A stretch of 64,000 nucleotides of DNA from Bacillota bacterium. GTDB taxonomy: Bacteria > Bacillota_I > Bacilli_A > RF39 > UBA660. The notes under the pieces were generated by a model. It had not been told where the DNA came from. It was given only the letters and a program-made list of their open reading frames with translations, and did not search any database. The DNA lies in NCBI GenBank assembly GCA_015059285.1, contig SVAS01000002.1, positions 2,572-66,571 on the forward strand, read 5' to 3'. The position numbers and the translations under genes were made by a program. Numbering within the stretch: the first letter of the stretch is position 1; the number at the start of each line of letters is the position of its first letter. Below are positions 49,472-60,897 of the stretch, one piece after another.

Positions 49472-50126
49472 CGCTATTACCTCCCTTATTTTTCTTTTCA
49501 GGAAGAATTTCACCTTTATAAATCCATACTTTAACACCAATTTTTCCATAAGTAGTGTCTGCTTCTTTATGAGCATAATCAATATCTGCTCTTAAAGTAT
49601 GTAATGGAATATTTCCTTCAGTATATCCTTCAGTTCTTGCCATATCAGCACCACCTAAACGTCCTGATACTGCAGTTTTAATACCCTTAGCTCCTGCTTT
49701 CATAGTATTTCTAATAGCTCTTTTTTGAGCAATTCTAAATGAAACACGATTTTCAATTTGATGAGCTATATTTTCAGCAACGATTGCTGCATCAACATCT
49801 GGGTTTTTAATTTCTTTAATAGAAATTTGGATGTTTTCTTTTACTAATTTAGATAATTCTTTTTTTAACTTTTCAATTTCATCTCCACCGTGACCAATTA
49901 CAACACCAGGTTTTGCAGTATTGATAATTACTTCAGTCTTATCAGTGGTTCTTTCAATAAGAATACTTGAAACTGCTGCGTCTTTTAATTTTTTTGATAA
50001 GAATTCACGAATTTTAACGTCATTATCTAAGAACTTAGCGAAATCTTTATTACCAGCATACCATTTTGATTCCCAAGTTTTATTGATTCCAATTCTAAGT
50101 CCTATAGGACTAACTTTTTGACCCAT
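49446..50126 (-). CDS. rpsC: 30S ribosomal protein S3
   Basis: [15 protein letters not shown] domain. Confidence 0.9.
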   Translation of the reverse strand: MGQKVSPIGLRIGINKTWESKWYAGNKDFAKFLDNDVKIREFLSKKLKDAAVSSILIERTTDKTEVIINTAKPGVVIGHGGDEIEKLKKELSKLVKENIQISIKEIKNPDVDAAIVAENIAHQIENRVSFRIAQKRAIRNTMKAGAKGIKTAVSGRLGGADMARTEGYTEGNIPLHTLRADIDYAHKEADTTYGKIGVKVWIYKGEILPEKKNKGGNSDGSNSKKN

Positions 50127-50143
50127 CAGTTTACCTCCCTTTC

Positions 50144-50479
50144 TTAATTTTTTTCACTTACAACTACTGTAATATGACTTGTTCTTTTTTTGATTGGATC
50201 AACGTGACCACGAGATCCCATTCTTGCTCTTTTCATTGTTTGACCTTCATTAACATAAGCTTCTTTTACATATAAGTTAGCTTTATCTAGGCCTAAATTG
50301 TTTTCTGCGTTAGCTGTTGCAGAAGTTAATACTTTACGAATAATTCTTGCTGCTTCTTTATTTAAATTACTTAAAATATGATCAGCTTCAATAACGTCTT
50401 TGTTACGTATTAAATCTATAACTAAACGAGCTTTACGAGGTGCAATTCTAACTGTTTTTGCAATCGCTTTTGCTTCCAT
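50144..50479 (-). CDS. rplV: 50S ribosomal protein L22
   Basis: Conserved. Confidence 0.9.
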   Translation of the reverse strand: MEAKAIAKTVRIAPRKARLVIDLIRNKDVIEADHILSNLNKEAARIIRKVLTSATANAENNLGLDKANLYVKEAYVNEGQTMKRARMGSRGHVDPIKKRTSHITVVVSEKN

Positions 50480-50500
50480 TTTCGTCCTCCTTACCTAATA

Positions 50501-50773
50501 CTATTTTTTACCTTTGTCGTCGCCATGTCCACCAAATTTACGTGTTGGAACGAATTCTCCTAATTTATGTCCAACCATATCTTCTGTTACATAAACTGGT
50601 ATAAATTCTTTACCATTATGAACAGCGAATGTAAGTCCGATGAAATCAGGATAAATTGTTGAACGGCGAGACCATGTTTTTATAACTTCTTTTTTTCCAG
50701 ATTCATTTACAGTTTTAACCTTTTTAGCTAAACTAGCATCAATAAAAGGTCCTTTTTTTAAACTTCTTGCCAT
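50501..50773 (-). CDS. rpsS: 30S ribosomal protein S19
   Basis: [12 protein letters not shown]. Confidence 0.9.
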   Translation of the reverse strand: MARSLKKGPFIDASLAKKVKTVNESGKKEVIKTWSRRSTIYPDFIGLTFAVHNGKEFIPVYVTEDMVGHKLGEFVPTRKFGGHGDDKGKK

Positions 50774-50789
50774 TTAAACCATCCTTTCA

Positions 50790-51620
50790 CTATTTTTTAC
50801 GACGACGGACAATTAACTTGTCTGAAGCTTTTTTATTTTTACGAGTTTTGTAACCTAAAGCAGGTTTTCCCCAAGGAGTAACAGGTCCTTTACGACCGAT
50901 TGGTGCTCTACCTTCACCACCACCATGAGGGTGATCGTTAGGGTTCATTACAGAACCACGAACAGTTGGTCTAATACCCATATGTCTTTTACGACCAGCT
51001 TTACCAACTTTTACAAGTTCATGGTCAGCATTTCCAACTTCTCCAATTGTAGCTCTACAAGTACTTAGTACTTTACGAACTTCTCCACTAGTTAAACGAA
51101 GTAAAGTATATTTTCCTTCTCTACCTAGTATTTGTACACTAGATCCAGCAGTTCTTGCGATTTGTCCACCTTTTCCAGCTTTTAATTCTACATTGTGTAC
51201 CATTGTTCCTTCAGGAATGTTAGCAAGTGGTAATGTATTACCAACTTTAATGTCAGCTTTTTCTCCACTTTCAATTTTATCCCCAACTTTTAATCCTTTT
51301 GGAGCAATAATATATCTTTTTTCTCCATCAGCATAGTTAATTAAAGCAATGTTAGCAGTTCTGTTTGGATCATATTCGATTGATGCAACTGTTCCAATAA
51401 TACCATCTTTATCTCTTTTGAAATCAATAATACGATATTTTCTTTTAGCTCCACCACCGCGATGTCTAACAGTAATTCTACCTTGGTTATTACGTCCACC
51501 ATTTTTCTTTAAAGTTACAACTAATGATTTTTCTGGAGTAGTACTAGTAATCTCATCATTGATTAAAGTTGACATACCACGTTGACCATTAGTCATTGGT
51601 TTATAATTTTTTATCGCCAT
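50790..51620 (-). CDS. rplB: 50S ribosomal protein L2
   Basis: Start at [17 protein letters not shown]. Confidence 0.9.
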   Translation of the reverse strand: MAIKNYKPMTNGQRGMSTLINDEITSTTPEKSLVVTLKKNGGRNNQGRITVRHRGGGAKRKYRIIDFKRDKDGIIGTVASIEYDPNRTANIALINYADGEKRYIIAPKGLKVGDKIESGEKADIKVGNTLPLANIPEGTMVHNVELKAGKGGQIARTAGSSVQILGREGKYTLLRLTSGEVRKVLSTCRATIGEVGNADHELVKVGKAGRKRHMGIRPTVRGSVMNPNDHPHGGGEGRAPIGRKGPVTPWGKPALGYKTRKNKKASDKLIVRRRKK

Positions 51621-51635
51621 GATAATCACCTTCCA

Positions 51636-51911
51636 TTAGTTAAGTTCAATAGAACTTCCTTCTTTTAATTTAACAATTGCTTTTTTAACTTTATTTGTTT
51701 TACCAACGTATCTACCAACTCTTTTTTTCTTTGGTTTTACGTTAATTGTATTTACGCTTTCTACTTTAACATTAAAAATGTTTTCGATTGCTTGTTTGAT
51801 TTGAGTTTTATTTGCTTTAACATCTACACTAAATGTAATAACGTTATTTCCAGCTAAATCACTAGTTTTTTCAGTAATGATTGGCGCTTTAATAATATCT
51901 CTATAATTCAT
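51636..51911 (-). CDS. rplW: 50S ribosomal protein L23
   Basis: Conserved. Confidence 0.9.
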   Translation of the reverse strand: MNYRDIIKAPIITEKTSDLAGNNVITFSVDVKANKTQIKQAIENIFNVKVESVNTINVKPKKKRVGRYVGKTNKVKKAIVKLKEGSSIELN

Positions 51912-52534
51912 TAAACAAGCACCTCCTCAATTTGTTTAACTGCTTTTTCAGTAATAATCATATTATCTGCAGCTATAATATCATAAGTGTTTATTTCACT
52001 AGCTTCTAATAATACTACTTCTTTAATATTACGAGTTGCTAGAATAATGTTATCTGTAAGTTCATCAACAACTAATAATACTTTTTTAGTAGCTTTTAAG
52101 TTTTCTAATGCTTTTAAAGCATCTTTAGTTTTATTAGTTTCCATATTGAAATTATCAATAACGATTAATTCACTTTCAATAACTTTGTAAGATAAAGCTG
52201 ATTTTAAAGCTAATCTTCTTTCTTTTTTGTTCATTTTTTTAGCAAAGCTTCTTGGTGTTGGTCCAAACACAACTCCTCCACCTGGCCAATGTGGTGCTCT
52301 AGTAGATCCTTGTCTAGCTCTACCAGTACCTTTTTGTCTCCAAGGTTTTCTTCCACCACCAGATACTTCACTACGAGTTTTAGTACTAGCAGTACCTTGA
52401 CGAGCATTGTTGCGCGCTAATGTAATAGCATCATATAAAACAGCATCGTTTGGTTCAATTCCCCAAACTAATTCATTTAAAGTAATTTTCCCTACGTTTT
52501 CGCCTTTAATATTTAATACAGATAAATCTTTCAT
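51911..52534 (-). CDS. rplD: 50S ribosomal protein L4
   Basis: Conserved. Confidence 0.9.
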   Translation of the reverse strand: MKDLSVLNIKGENVGKITLNELVWGIEPNDAVLYDAITLARNNARQGTASTKTRSEVSGGGRKPWRQKGTGRARQGSTRAPHWPGGGVVFGPTPRSFAKKMNKKERRLALKSALSYKVIESELIVIDNFNMETNKTKDALKALENLKATKKVLLVVDELTDNIILATRNIKEVVLLEASEINTYDIIAADNMIITEKAVKQIEEVLV

Positions 52535-52546
52535 CTATATTCCTCC

Positions 52547-53332
52547 TTACTTACTTTCTTCCGCTGTTTCAACAGTTTCTTCAGTTGTTTCAACATTTTC
52601 AGTTTCTTCAACTTCTGCTTCAACAGTTTCTTCAGTAGTAACTACATCTTCTACGTGTTCTTCTACTACATAAGTAATTAATTCTTCGGCAACGTTTACT
52701 TTTCCTGGTTTTTTAGTAGCTGTTCTAATTAATACTAATGATTTTTTAGGCCCTGGTACATTACCTTTGATTAATAAACAATTGTTTTCTAAATCTACTG
52801 CTACTATTTCAAGATTTTGAATAGTTACAGTTAATGTACCCATATGCCCTGGTAATTTTTTACCTTTGAAAACACGCATTGGTCTCATAGTTCCCATTGA
52901 ACCTGGTCCTCTATGATAGTGAGATCCATGTCCCATAGGTCCACGACTTTGGTTATGTCTTTTGATAACCCCTTGGAACCCATGACCTTTTGTAGTTCCA
53001 GTAACATCAACAACTTCTCCTTCAGTAAACATTGTTACATTTAACTCTTGTCCTAAAGTATAGTCGTTAACATCTACACCCCTAATTTCTCTAAAGAAGC
53101 GCTTAGGTGTAGTATTAGCTTTATTGGTATGACCAATAGAAGCTTTTGTCGCTAATTTAGCTCTTTTAGTATCAAAACCTAATTGAATTGCTTCGTAACC
53201 ATCGTTTTCAATTGTTTTAATTTGTGTTACCACATTTGGTTCAACTTCAACAACAGTTACAGGAATTAATTTACCAGATTTTGTAAATACTTGAGTCATT
53301 CCAATTTTACGACCTAAGATTCCTTTTTTCAT
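52547..53332 (-). CDS. rplC: 50S ribosomal protein L3 with unusual about 50-aa acidic C-terminal extension
   Basis: Conserved L3 core through ...SLVLIRTA, then [51 protein letters not shown] encoded by short direct DNA repeats. Confidence 0.85.
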   Translation of the reverse strand: MKKGILGRKIGMTQVFTKSGKLIPVTVVEVEPNVVTQIKTIENDGYEAIQLGFDTKRAKLATKASIGHTNKANTTPKRFFREIRGVDVNDYTLGQELNVTMFTEGEVVDVTGTTKGHGFQGVIKRHNQSRGPMGHGSHYHRGPGSMGTMRPMRVFKGKKLPGHMGTLTVTIQNLEIVAVDLENNCLLIKGNVPGPKKSLVLIRTATKKPGKVNVAEELITYVVEEHVEDVVTTEETVEAEVEETENVETTEETVETAEESK

Positions 53333-53349
53333 AACTTTTCCTCCTATAA

Positions 53350-53658
53350 TTATAATTTGATTTGAATATCAACACCGCTTGGAATTTCTAAATGAGTTAA
53401 AGCCTCAATAGTTTCCTTACTTGGGTTAGCGATATCAATAAGTCTTTTGTGAGTTCTTTTTTCAAATTGTTCACGTGAATCTTTGTATTTGTGAACAGCT
53501 CTTAAGATAGTGATTTTTTCAATTTCAGTTGGTAGCGGAATTGGACCACTTACTTCACCACCAGTTCTTTTAACTGTTTCTACAATTTTCGCACACGCAG
53601 TATCTAAACTTTTATGTTCAAACGCTTTTAATTTGATACGAACTTTAGTCTTAGACAT
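53350..53658 (-). CDS. rpsJ: 30S ribosomal protein S10
   Basis: [19 protein letters not shown]. Confidence 0.9.
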   Translation of the reverse strand: MSKTKVRIKLKAFEHKSLDTACAKIVETVKRTGGEVSGPIPLPTEIEKITILRAVHKYKDSREQFEKRTHKRLIDIANPSKETIEALTHLEIPSGVDIQIKL

Positions 53659-53819
53659 TGGTATCCTCCTTTCGCCTATATCCAGTATAGACTTGCTCCG
53701 TGTAAAAACCCGATTTAGATTTTATTGTTTTTAACAACTTAACCTGGTGTATCGGCAACCTCACACATCTACGCACGCCACACATTCATAATTTTACAAT
53801 AAAATACTATGAAAATCAA
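53659..53819 (-). promoter_or_regulatory. S10-operon promoter (-35 TTGATT / 17 bp / -10 TAAAAT) and about 135-nt GC-enriched structured 5' leader
   Basis: -35 = revcomp of 53814-53819, -10 = revcomp of 53791-53796. The leader contains GTGTGGCGTGCGTAGATGTGTGAGGTTGCCGATACACCAGG, strikingly GC-rich for this genome. Confidence 0.4.
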
Positions 53820-53934
53820 GCTTTTTTTATGATTTTTTTTAAAATTATTTTTTTAATTTATACACTTTATTAACACCATCCTTTATTCTTGCGCTTGAAA
53901 ATTTATAATGATATAATATTTCTGGTGATAAAAT

Positions 53935-54822
53935 ATGCCAAAAGTTGCTTTAAAGTTTGGAGAATCAATTCTTGTATTAGATATGTGGGTCGCAATTTTA
54001 TTATTTTTTTTAATTAATTTTATTATTTTCTTTACTATTATTTATTTAACTCAAAGAAGTAGTAGAAAAAAATTAAAGAAAGTTTCAATAGAAAATGAAC
54101 AAATAGATGATTTTTATTTTAGAGATATTCCATTTAAAGATCTTGAAACTGCTTTTTATGTAAGCACCTATTATGGTATTACTGATAATTTAAGTAATTT
54201 TATTGGAGCTATGTTATTAAAGTGGATTTGCGAAGATAAAATTGATGTCTATGAAATAGAAGATAAAACATTCATTGATATGAGAAAAATATTTAAAACA
54301 GAGATTGGTTTTGAATCTGCTATTTATGTTAGATTACTAGCGTGTGCTAACGCTAATAGAATATTAGAAGAAAATGAATTTAAAAAATTCTTTCAAGATA
54401 GTGAACAGATTATTAATAGTTTATTTTATAAATTAAAAAAAGAAGTAGAAGAAGAACTTTTACTCCAAGGATTAATTACTAAAAAAACTAATGAGTATGG
54501 ATATGAAGAAATAATACCAACCAAAGCTTTAGAACAAAAAGCAACTGAATTACAAGGTTTAAAAAATTTTTTAAATAATTTTTCTAGTATTGAAAAAAAA
54601 GACGCTATCCAAGTACATCTTTGGGATGACTATTTAATATATGCCCAATTGTTTGGAATTGCTGATAAAGTAGAAAACGAATTTAAAAAAATTTATCCTG
54701 ACTACAATAATTTAATTAAAATTGATATAGCTAAAGTAGCTATAGTTAATAGTTTAGCTATTTCATTAAGACTTACTATAAGAGCGTTTATTAGTATACT
54801 TAGTAGTAGTAACAAAGATTAA
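53935..54822 (+). CDS. Membrane-anchored hypothetical protein
   Basis: N-terminal TM (MWVAILLFFLINFIIFFTIIYL). No motifs recognised. Confidence 0.35.
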   Translation: MPKVALKFGESILVLDMWVAILLFFLINFIIFFTIIYLTQRSSRKKLKKVSIENEQIDDFYFRDIPFKDLETAFYVSTYYGITDNLSNFIGAMLLKWICEDKIDVYEIEDKTFIDMRKIFKTEIGFESAIYVRLLACANANRILEENEFKKFFQDSEQIINSLFYKLKKEVEEELLLQGLITKKTNEYGYEEIIPTKALEQKATELQGLKNFLNNFSSIEKKDAIQVHLWDDYLIYAQLFGIADKVENEFKKIYPDYNNLIKIDIAKVAIVNSLAISLRLTIRAFISILSSSNKD

Positions 54823-54833
54823 AGGAGAAAAGT

Positions 54834-55811
54834 ATGAAAATAACAATTTTAGGTACGGGAGCTTATGGTATTTCGCTAGCTCTTATGTTTAATAAAAATA
54901 CTAAAAATATTACAATGTGGACAAAATTTATAGATGAATTAGAAATGTTAAATAAGAAAAGAGAACACAAAAAAGTTTTGCCAGGTGTTAAAATACCTGA
55001 AAATATTTCTTTTACAGATAATATGAGGGAGGCTGTTTCTGGTTCTGATTTAATTGTAATTGCTATTCCTGCGGCTTTTTGTGACGATGTTTTTGCCGAA
55101 CTTAGACACTACATAACTAAAAAACAACACATATGTATAGCAACAAAAGGAATTGAACAAGATACTTGTTTATTTATTAACGATGTTTTAGAAAAATATA
55201 TAAAAACTAAAAATGTGGCAATAATATCTGGCCCTTCTTTTGCGATAGACATAGCATCACAAGTACCAATTGGCTTGACGCTTGCTACTAAAAGTAAAAA
55301 AACCGAAAGTATTCTAAAAGAGTATTTACAAAATGAAGTGTTAAAATTAAGAACTACCGATGATATTATTGGAACTGAAATATGTGGTTCAATTAAAAAT
55401 GTTATAGCTATTGCGGCTGGAATTTTAGATGGATTAAATATGCCAGAATCTACTCAAGCCATGTTTATCACGGAATCCTTGCATGATATTAAAGAACTAA
55501 TTAAAGCTTTAGGTGGAGATGGTAAAACAATTCTTTCATTTGCCGGATTTGGTGATTTACTTTTAACTTGTACCAGTACAAAAAGTAGAAACTTTAGATT
55601 TGGTCTTCTAATCGGACAAAACAAACCTAGAAAAGAAATTCAAGAATATATAGATAACACTACTATTGAAGGTCTATATACTTTAAAATCAATTCATAAA
55701 TTACTCCATAATAAAAAAGTAAATATTCCAATTATTGACTTAATCTATGATATTATTTTCAACGATGTAGATCCAAACTCACTTAAGACATTTTTGATTG
55801 AAAAAGTTTAA
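54834..55811 (+). CDS. gpsA: NAD(P)H-dependent glycerol-3-phosphate dehydrogenase
   Basis: MKITILGTGAYGISLA Rossmann fold. ...GSIKNVIAIAAGI... conserved GpsA core. Confidence 0.85.
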   Translation: MKITILGTGAYGISLALMFNKNTKNITMWTKFIDELEMLNKKREHKKVLPGVKIPENISFTDNMREAVSGSDLIVIAIPAAFCDDVFAELRHYITKKQHICIATKGIEQDTCLFINDVLEKYIKTKNVAIISGPSFAIDIASQVPIGLTLATKSKKTESILKEYLQNEVLKLRTTDDIIGTEICGSIKNVIAIAAGILDGLNMPESTQAMFITESLHDIKELIKALGGDGKTILSFAGFGDLLLTCTSTKSRNFRFGLLIGQNKPRKEIQEYIDNTTIEGLYTLKSIHKLLHNKKVNIPIIDLIYDIIFNDVDPNSLKTFLIEKV

Positions 55812-55980
55812 TTACTACTGTGGAAAACCTGTTTTTCCACCTACTTATATTAAAAAAATAAATAAAACACTGTGGATTATTCACTTTTCCACAGTGTTTT
55901 TGTAAATTTAAACTTTATGTTATAAATCTGTTAATTAATATGAGCAGCTGTATAATGAAAATGATTAGAAAGGAGATAAT

Positions 55981-56451
55981 ATGAAAAACTGCAAGTATTG
56001 TAAATCTCAAATGGATAATTCGGCTAAAATATGTCCAACTTGTCATAAAAAGCAAACAATGCCACTATGGTTAATTATTCTTTTAATAATTATTGGGATA
56101 AGTCTATTAAGTACATTTATTAGCAATGACAACGAGGTGGACAAACCATCAGGAAGTACAACTACTAAAGAAAATTTAACTTTAATGGAAGGTCATAGTG
56201 GTCGCATTAAAGATAATTGGACTTATGAAATTTCAGGAACTATTCAAAACAACACAGATAAAGATTATTCTTATGTTCAAATTGAATTCTACACATATGA
56301 TGCTGAAGGAAATCTATTAGACACTTGTTTTGCTAATAATAGTGGTTTAGAAGCTTTAGGAAAATGGAAATTTACTGCTGATTGTTGGTTTGCTAATGGC
56401 GAAGTAAATCAAGTGAGTTCTTACAAATTAAAAGAAATTACCAAATGGTAA
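55981..56451 (+). CDS. Zinc-ribbon (CxxC...CxxC) N-terminus + single TM + extracytoplasmic domain protein; unknown function
   Basis: CKYCKSQMDNSAKICPTCHKK then TM LWLIILLIIIGISLL. Confidence 0.4.
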   Translation: MKNCKYCKSQMDNSAKICPTCHKKQTMPLWLIILLIIIGISLLSTFISNDNEVDKPSGSTTTKENLTLMEGHSGRIKDNWTYEISGTIQNNTDKDYSYVQIEFYTYDAEGNLLDTCFANNSGLEALGKWKFTADCWFANGEVNQVSSYKLKEITKW

Positions 56452-56515
56452 TTTGTTGTCTATCAAAATCTATATGTTTTTAACGCATATAGATTTTTTA
56501 TAAAAAAACCATTTG

Positions 56516-56734
56516 TTATTTAACAAATGGAATTAAAGCCATAAAACGTGCTTTTTTAACTTCACCAGCTATATGTCTTTGGTGTTTTGAGCAAGCACCA
56601 GTAATTCTTCTTGGTAAAATTTTACCTTTATCAGCACTTATATATTTTTTGATGATATCAACATCTTTATAATCAACTGATTTTCCAGCACACATTTGAC
56701 ATATTTTTTTCTTTTTTCTATAAAATTCAGCCAT
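56516..56734 (-). CDS. rpsR: 30S ribosomal protein S18
   Basis: Conserved, in the rpsF-ssb-rpsR arrangement. Confidence 0.9.
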   Translation of the reverse strand: MAEFYRKKKKICQMCAGKSVDYKDVDIIKKYISADKGKILPRRITGACSKHQRHIAGEVKKARFMALIPFVK

Positions 56735-56751
56735 GAATATATCCTCCTTTT

Positions 56752-57210
56752 TTAATCTAGGAAGTCATCATCTATAGATACACTGTCACCAAAATCCGCA
56801 AATGGATCGTTTTCAATATTAACATCATTAACAGGTGCATCAGAAAACTCAAATGAATTTGCAGAAGTATTATTACTTCTTGCTTGACTTTGTCCTTTAC
56901 TTTCTAAGAATTGAACATTGTCAGCTACAACATCTGTTGTATATCTTTTACTACCATCTTGAGCATCATAACTTCCAGTTTGAATTCTTCCTTCTACAGA
57001 AACCAAAGATCCCTTATCCAAATAATTACAAATATTTTCAGCTTGTTTTCTCCATACCATAATACTTATAAAGTCAGTTTCTCTTTGACCTTGCGCATTA
57101 CTAAAATTACGATTAACAGCTAAAGAAAATCTTGTATATGGTAAATTTGAATTTGTATATCTTAATTCTGGTTTCGCAGTTAATCTTCCGATTAAGCAAA
57201 CTTTATTCAT
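56752..57210 (-). CDS. ssb: Single-stranded DNA-binding protein
   Basis: OB fold N-terminus and acidic C-terminal tail DDDFLD... (ends [14 protein letters not shown]). Confidence 0.85.
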   Translation of the reverse strand: MNKVCLIGRLTAKPELRYTNSNLPYTRFSLAVNRNFSNAQGQRETDFISIMVWRKQAENICNYLDKGSLVSVEGRIQTGSYDAQDGSKRYTTDVVADNVQFLESKGQSQARSNNTSANSFEFSDAPVNDVNIENDPFADFGDSVSIDDDFLD

Positions 57211-57221
57211 AAATACACCTC

Positions 57222-57515
57222 TTAATCTTCTATTTTTGTAATCAAGTGACGAATTACATCACTACTAATTAAAGCTAAACGATCAAATTCCTTAATAGCT
57301 TTATCATCACTAGCTTCAATATTGATTAAAAAGTAATAACCACTTTTGAATTTTTTGATTTCATAAGCTAATTCTCTTTGACCCATTTCTTTAAAATTAG
57401 TAACCTTAGAACCATTATTAGTTAAAATGTCTTGGAAATTATTTGCTACTGCTTTAATTTCCTCTTCTGTTAATGTTGGTCTAACGATAAACATAATTTC
57501 ATAGTTTTTCATCAT
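57222..57515 (-). CDS. rpsF: 30S ribosomal protein S6
   Basis: MKNYEIMFIVRP. Confidence 0.85.
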   Translation of the reverse strand: MMKNYEIMFIVRPTLTEEEIKAVANNFQDILTNNGSKVTNFKEMGQRELAYEIKKFKSGYYFLINIEASDDKAIKEFDRLALISSDVIRHLITKIED

Positions 57516-57640
57516 TCCACCTCCTTATGGTCATTTCGGCAATTTCTTGCAAGGAGTAAATTTCTTACTCGCAATTGATTATAACAAACTTTATTTAGTT
57601 TGTAAACCTATTTAATTATATTTGTTTTTTTATTTTTTAT

Positions 57641-58741
57641 TTATACATTAAATCTAAAGTGACAAATGTCTCCATCTTGCATAATATATTCTTTTCCTTC
57701 AAGACGCATTTTACCTGCTTCCCTAACTGCCTTTTCATTTCCTAAAGCTTCTAAATCCGTATAACTCATTATTTCTGCCCTAATAAAACCTCTTTCAAAA
57801 TCACTATGGATAATTCCTGCACAAGCGGGAGCTTTCATTCCTTTTTTAAATGTCCAGGCTTTCACTTCATCACTACCCGATGTGAAGTAAGTTGCTAAAC
57901 CAAGCAAATCATATGTTGCCTTAATTAATTTATCTAATCCGCTTTCAGCAATTCCTAAATCATTTAAAAATGCCTCTTTATCCTCGTCATTTAATTCGCT
58001 TAGCTCAGATTCTATTTTAGCACACACTGTTATTACTGATGAATTTTCTTCCTTAGCATACTCTATTACTTCATCTACATATTTATTTTTCCCACTTATA
58101 AGGTCATCTTCACTAATATTTGCCATATATATAATTGGTTTTTGAGTTAAAAAGTTAAATGGTCTTAATATTTTTAATTCCTCTTCATCAAAATCTAGTT
58201 TTCTAATTGATATATTTTGTTCTAAAGCGGATTTTATTTTATTTAAAAGTTCAATTTCTTTTAAAGTTTCTTTGTCTTTACTCATACTAGCTTTTTTACC
58301 AATTTTTCCTATTCTATTATCAGCGATTTCTAAATCAGCTAAAATAAGTTCTACATTAATGATTTCTATGTCTCTAACAGGATCTACACTATTTTCAACG
58401 TGAATAATATTATTATCTTCAAAACATCTAACCACTTCAACAATCGCATCTACTTCTCTTATATGTGATAAAAATTTATTACCTAGACCTTCTCCAGCAG
58501 AAGCACCTTTAACTAGTCCTGCTATATCAGTAAATTCAAATGTTGTAGGAACTAAACTTTCAGGGACATACAACTTTTCTAAAAATTCTAAACGCTTATC
58601 TGGAACTGTTACAACACCAACATTTGGATCAATAGTTGCGAACGGATAATTAGCTGCTAAAATATTCTTTTTTGTAATTGCATTAAATAAAGTAGATTTT
58701 CCAACATTAGGAAGCCCTACTATTCCGGCTGTTAAACTCAT
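57641..58741 (-). CDS. ychF: Ribosome-binding ATPase YchF (Obg-family GTPase)
   Basis: GIVGLPNVGKSTLFNA P-loop, C-terminal TGS domain. Confidence 0.9.
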   Translation of the reverse strand: MSLTAGIVGLPNVGKSTLFNAITKKNILAANYPFATIDPNVGVVTVPDKRLEFLEKLYVPESLVPTTFEFTDIAGLVKGASAGEGLGNKFLSHIREVDAIVEVVRCFEDNNIIHVENSVDPVRDIEIINVELILADLEIADNRIGKIGKKASMSKDKETLKEIELLNKIKSALEQNISIRKLDFDEEELKILRPFNFLTQKPIIYMANISEDDLISGKNKYVDEVIEYAKEENSSVITVCAKIESELSELNDEDKEAFLNDLGIAESGLDKLIKATYDLLGLATYFTSGSDEVKAWTFKKGMKAPACAGIIHSDFERGFIRAEIMSYTDLEALGNEKAVREAGKMRLEGKEYIMQDGDICHFRFNV

Positions 58742-58850
58742 AAATACTCCTCCTAAATAAGTATTATATCATTATTTATTAATAAAAAAAAGAATAGTTG
58801 TTATATTTAAAAATATTAATTTATATGTTAAAATAAGTATTGGTGATAAT

Positions 58851-59141
58851 ATGGAGTTTAAAGAATTTAGTAATCCTCTTGAAAATGATTATGATATAAA
58901 TTCTAGTCATAGTCAAACAAGTAAACAAGATCAAGAATTAGTTCAAAGTGTTTATAACAAGCAAATGATGACTATTTTAAATGAAATAGGTCTTTTAGAA
59001 GATGACGATTTAAAAAAAGCTAACATTTCTTTTGAAGAATACTTAAATCCAACTAAAGAAACAATACTTAAATTAAAAACATATCGCGATAGTTTAGTTA
59101 AACCTATTAAAAATGGCGAAGAAATAGGCAGAAATAGATAA
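58851..59141 (+). CDS. Small hypothetical protein
   Basis: ORF only. No motifs. Confidence 0.3.
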   Translation: MEFKEFSNPLENDYDINSSHSQTSKQDQELVQSVYNKQMMTILNEIGLLEDDDLKKANISFEEYLNPTKETILKLKTYRDSLVKPIKNGEEIGRNR

Positions 59142-59188
59142 AAAACGTATTTGAATGAACCTTATTTAGTTCACAAATACGTCTTTTT

Positions 59189-60703
59189 TTATAATGTTGG
59201 ATAAGTTCCTGGGCCAATCGGAAGTCCGATTATATACCAACCAATTATAATGATTAACCATAAACCTGCAAATAGTAGTACACATGGTAAAATTAATTTT
59301 AAAGTACCAAATACAGTTATTTTATTATTTTCTTTTGTATTATATTTTTCTAAGAAAGCAAGCATTACTATAAAATAGACAAACATTGGTGTAATTGCTT
59401 TACCAATACCATCAGCAGCTTTAAATATAAATTGTGTAAAATCTGGAGTAATATTTGAACGCATGAATAAAGGAACAAATATTGGATATGCTAATAACCA
59501 TTTTGTTGATAAAGATGGAATTAATATACTCATTAAAATAACAACAATAAACATTGCTATAATTAAAGGAATTCCTGAAAAAGGTAGAACGCTTACTAAA
59601 TCTATTAGTTTTACAGCAAGAACTTCTCCTAAATTAGTCCATTCTAATAAACTGACCATTTGAGCTGTAAAAAACATTAAAACAAATACATATCCTAAGC
59701 CCTCAAAATTTTTAGAAAGACCTACACTATATTCATTACTATTTTTAATATTTTTAGAAATATATCCGTAGATAAAACCGCATACCATCATAATACCTAT
59801 AGATATAATTACGATGCCCTCTTTTAAAGGAGCTGTTTCACCGAATAATTTTTCAATATATGTCTTACCATCACCTAATAATAAACCTGATCCATATAAT
59901 CCTGGTATAAGCATATAAATTATTATTGCCACCATAGCTATAAATGCAAAATTACTGTAATATAAAGCTTTTTTTGAAACAACTAATTCATCTTCCTCAA
60001 CTTTACTTTTAGGTACTTTTTTATTTAAGGATTTTTCAATAATTATAGTTCCTACAATAGCTAAAATAATTGTGCTAGCAACCATGATATATGATGCATA
60101 TGAAAGATTAAAGATATAATCTTTATCAACATCAATAGTTGCTGAAATTTGTGTTAGGTTACCTAAAATTAGGTCATCATAATTAGCAACTAAACCTGTC
60201 CCATAACCAATTGTCATACCAAGGAATACAGTTAATATTCCAAGCATTGGTTTCCTTCCTATATAATGATATAAAACACCTACTAAAGGAAGTAATAAAG
60301 CATAATTATATTCTCCTATAAAAGTACTTATAATTCCTATAAATAACACAAAAAATGTAATGATTGCTGGTTTTACTTTTTTTAAAGGAGTAAAAGAGGC
60401 CTTAAATAAACCACTAGCTTCTCCAATACCAATAGCTATTAATGAAGCAATTATTAATAAAAGAGGTTTAAATAATTGCAAATTAGTAATAGCACTCGTT
60501 AAAATAAATTTCATTCCGGATACAGTTAAAACATTATTTACTGTTGTAAGAGAAGTTTCTATAGTACCATTAATAATTTCGGATTTTTGGCCTTCTAAAC
60601 CTATCAAAGAGAACACTGCACTTGATAAAATAATTAAGCCTATTAAAATTATAATAGCAATAACAGGTCCTAACAAAATATTTCTTTTTTTATTTTTTTT
60701 CAT
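59189..60703 (-). CDS. AbgT-family (p-aminobenzoyl-glutamate / antimetabolite) transporter
   Basis: 504 aa polytopic. Sequence pattern resembles AbgT/MtrF (…LLPLVGVLYHYIGRKPMLGIL…). Confidence 0.55.
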   Translation of the reverse strand: MKKNKKRNILLGPVIAIIILIGLIILSSAVFSLIGLEGQKSEIINGTIETSLTTVNNVLTVSGMKFILTSAITNLQLFKPLLLIIASLIAIGIGEASGLFKASFTPLKKVKPAIITFFVLFIGIISTFIGEYNYALLLPLVGVLYHYIGRKPMLGILTVFLGMTIGYGTGLVANYDDLILGNLTQISATIDVDKDYIFNLSYASYIMVASTIILAIVGTIIIEKSLNKKVPKSKVEEDELVVSKKALYYSNFAFIAMVAIIIYMLIPGLYGSGLLLGDGKTYIEKLFGETAPLKEGIVIISIGIMMVCGFIYGYISKNIKNSNEYSVGLSKNFEGLGYVFVLMFFTAQMVSLLEWTNLGEVLAVKLIDLVSVLPFSGIPLIIAMFIVVILMSILIPSLSTKWLLAYPIFVPLFMRSNITPDFTQFIFKAADGIGKAITPMFVYFIVMLAFLEKYNTKENNKITVFGTLKLILPCVLLFAGLWLIIIIGWYIIGLPIGPGTYPTL

Positions 60704-60897
60704 AAATCACCTTCTAACTTAGCGACTTTTTTTAGTTTTTTATTAAATTCAATTCTAGGAAGCATAATACTTCTACCACATTTTAAACATTTAATCTTTA
60801 TATCAGCACCAATCCTAGTAATTTCCCATTCATTGGTTCCACAAGGATGTGGTTTTTTCATAATAACAATACTTCCTAATTTATATTCTTTATCCAT
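60700..60897 (-). CDS. DUF951-family small protein (YyzM-like)
   Basis: 65 aa with CxxC...CxxC, in the conserved position near mscS/parB. Confidence 0.55.
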   Translation of the reverse strand: MDKEYKLGSIVIMKKPHPCGTNEWEITRIGADIKIKCLKCGRSIMLPRIEFNKKLKKVAKLEGDL

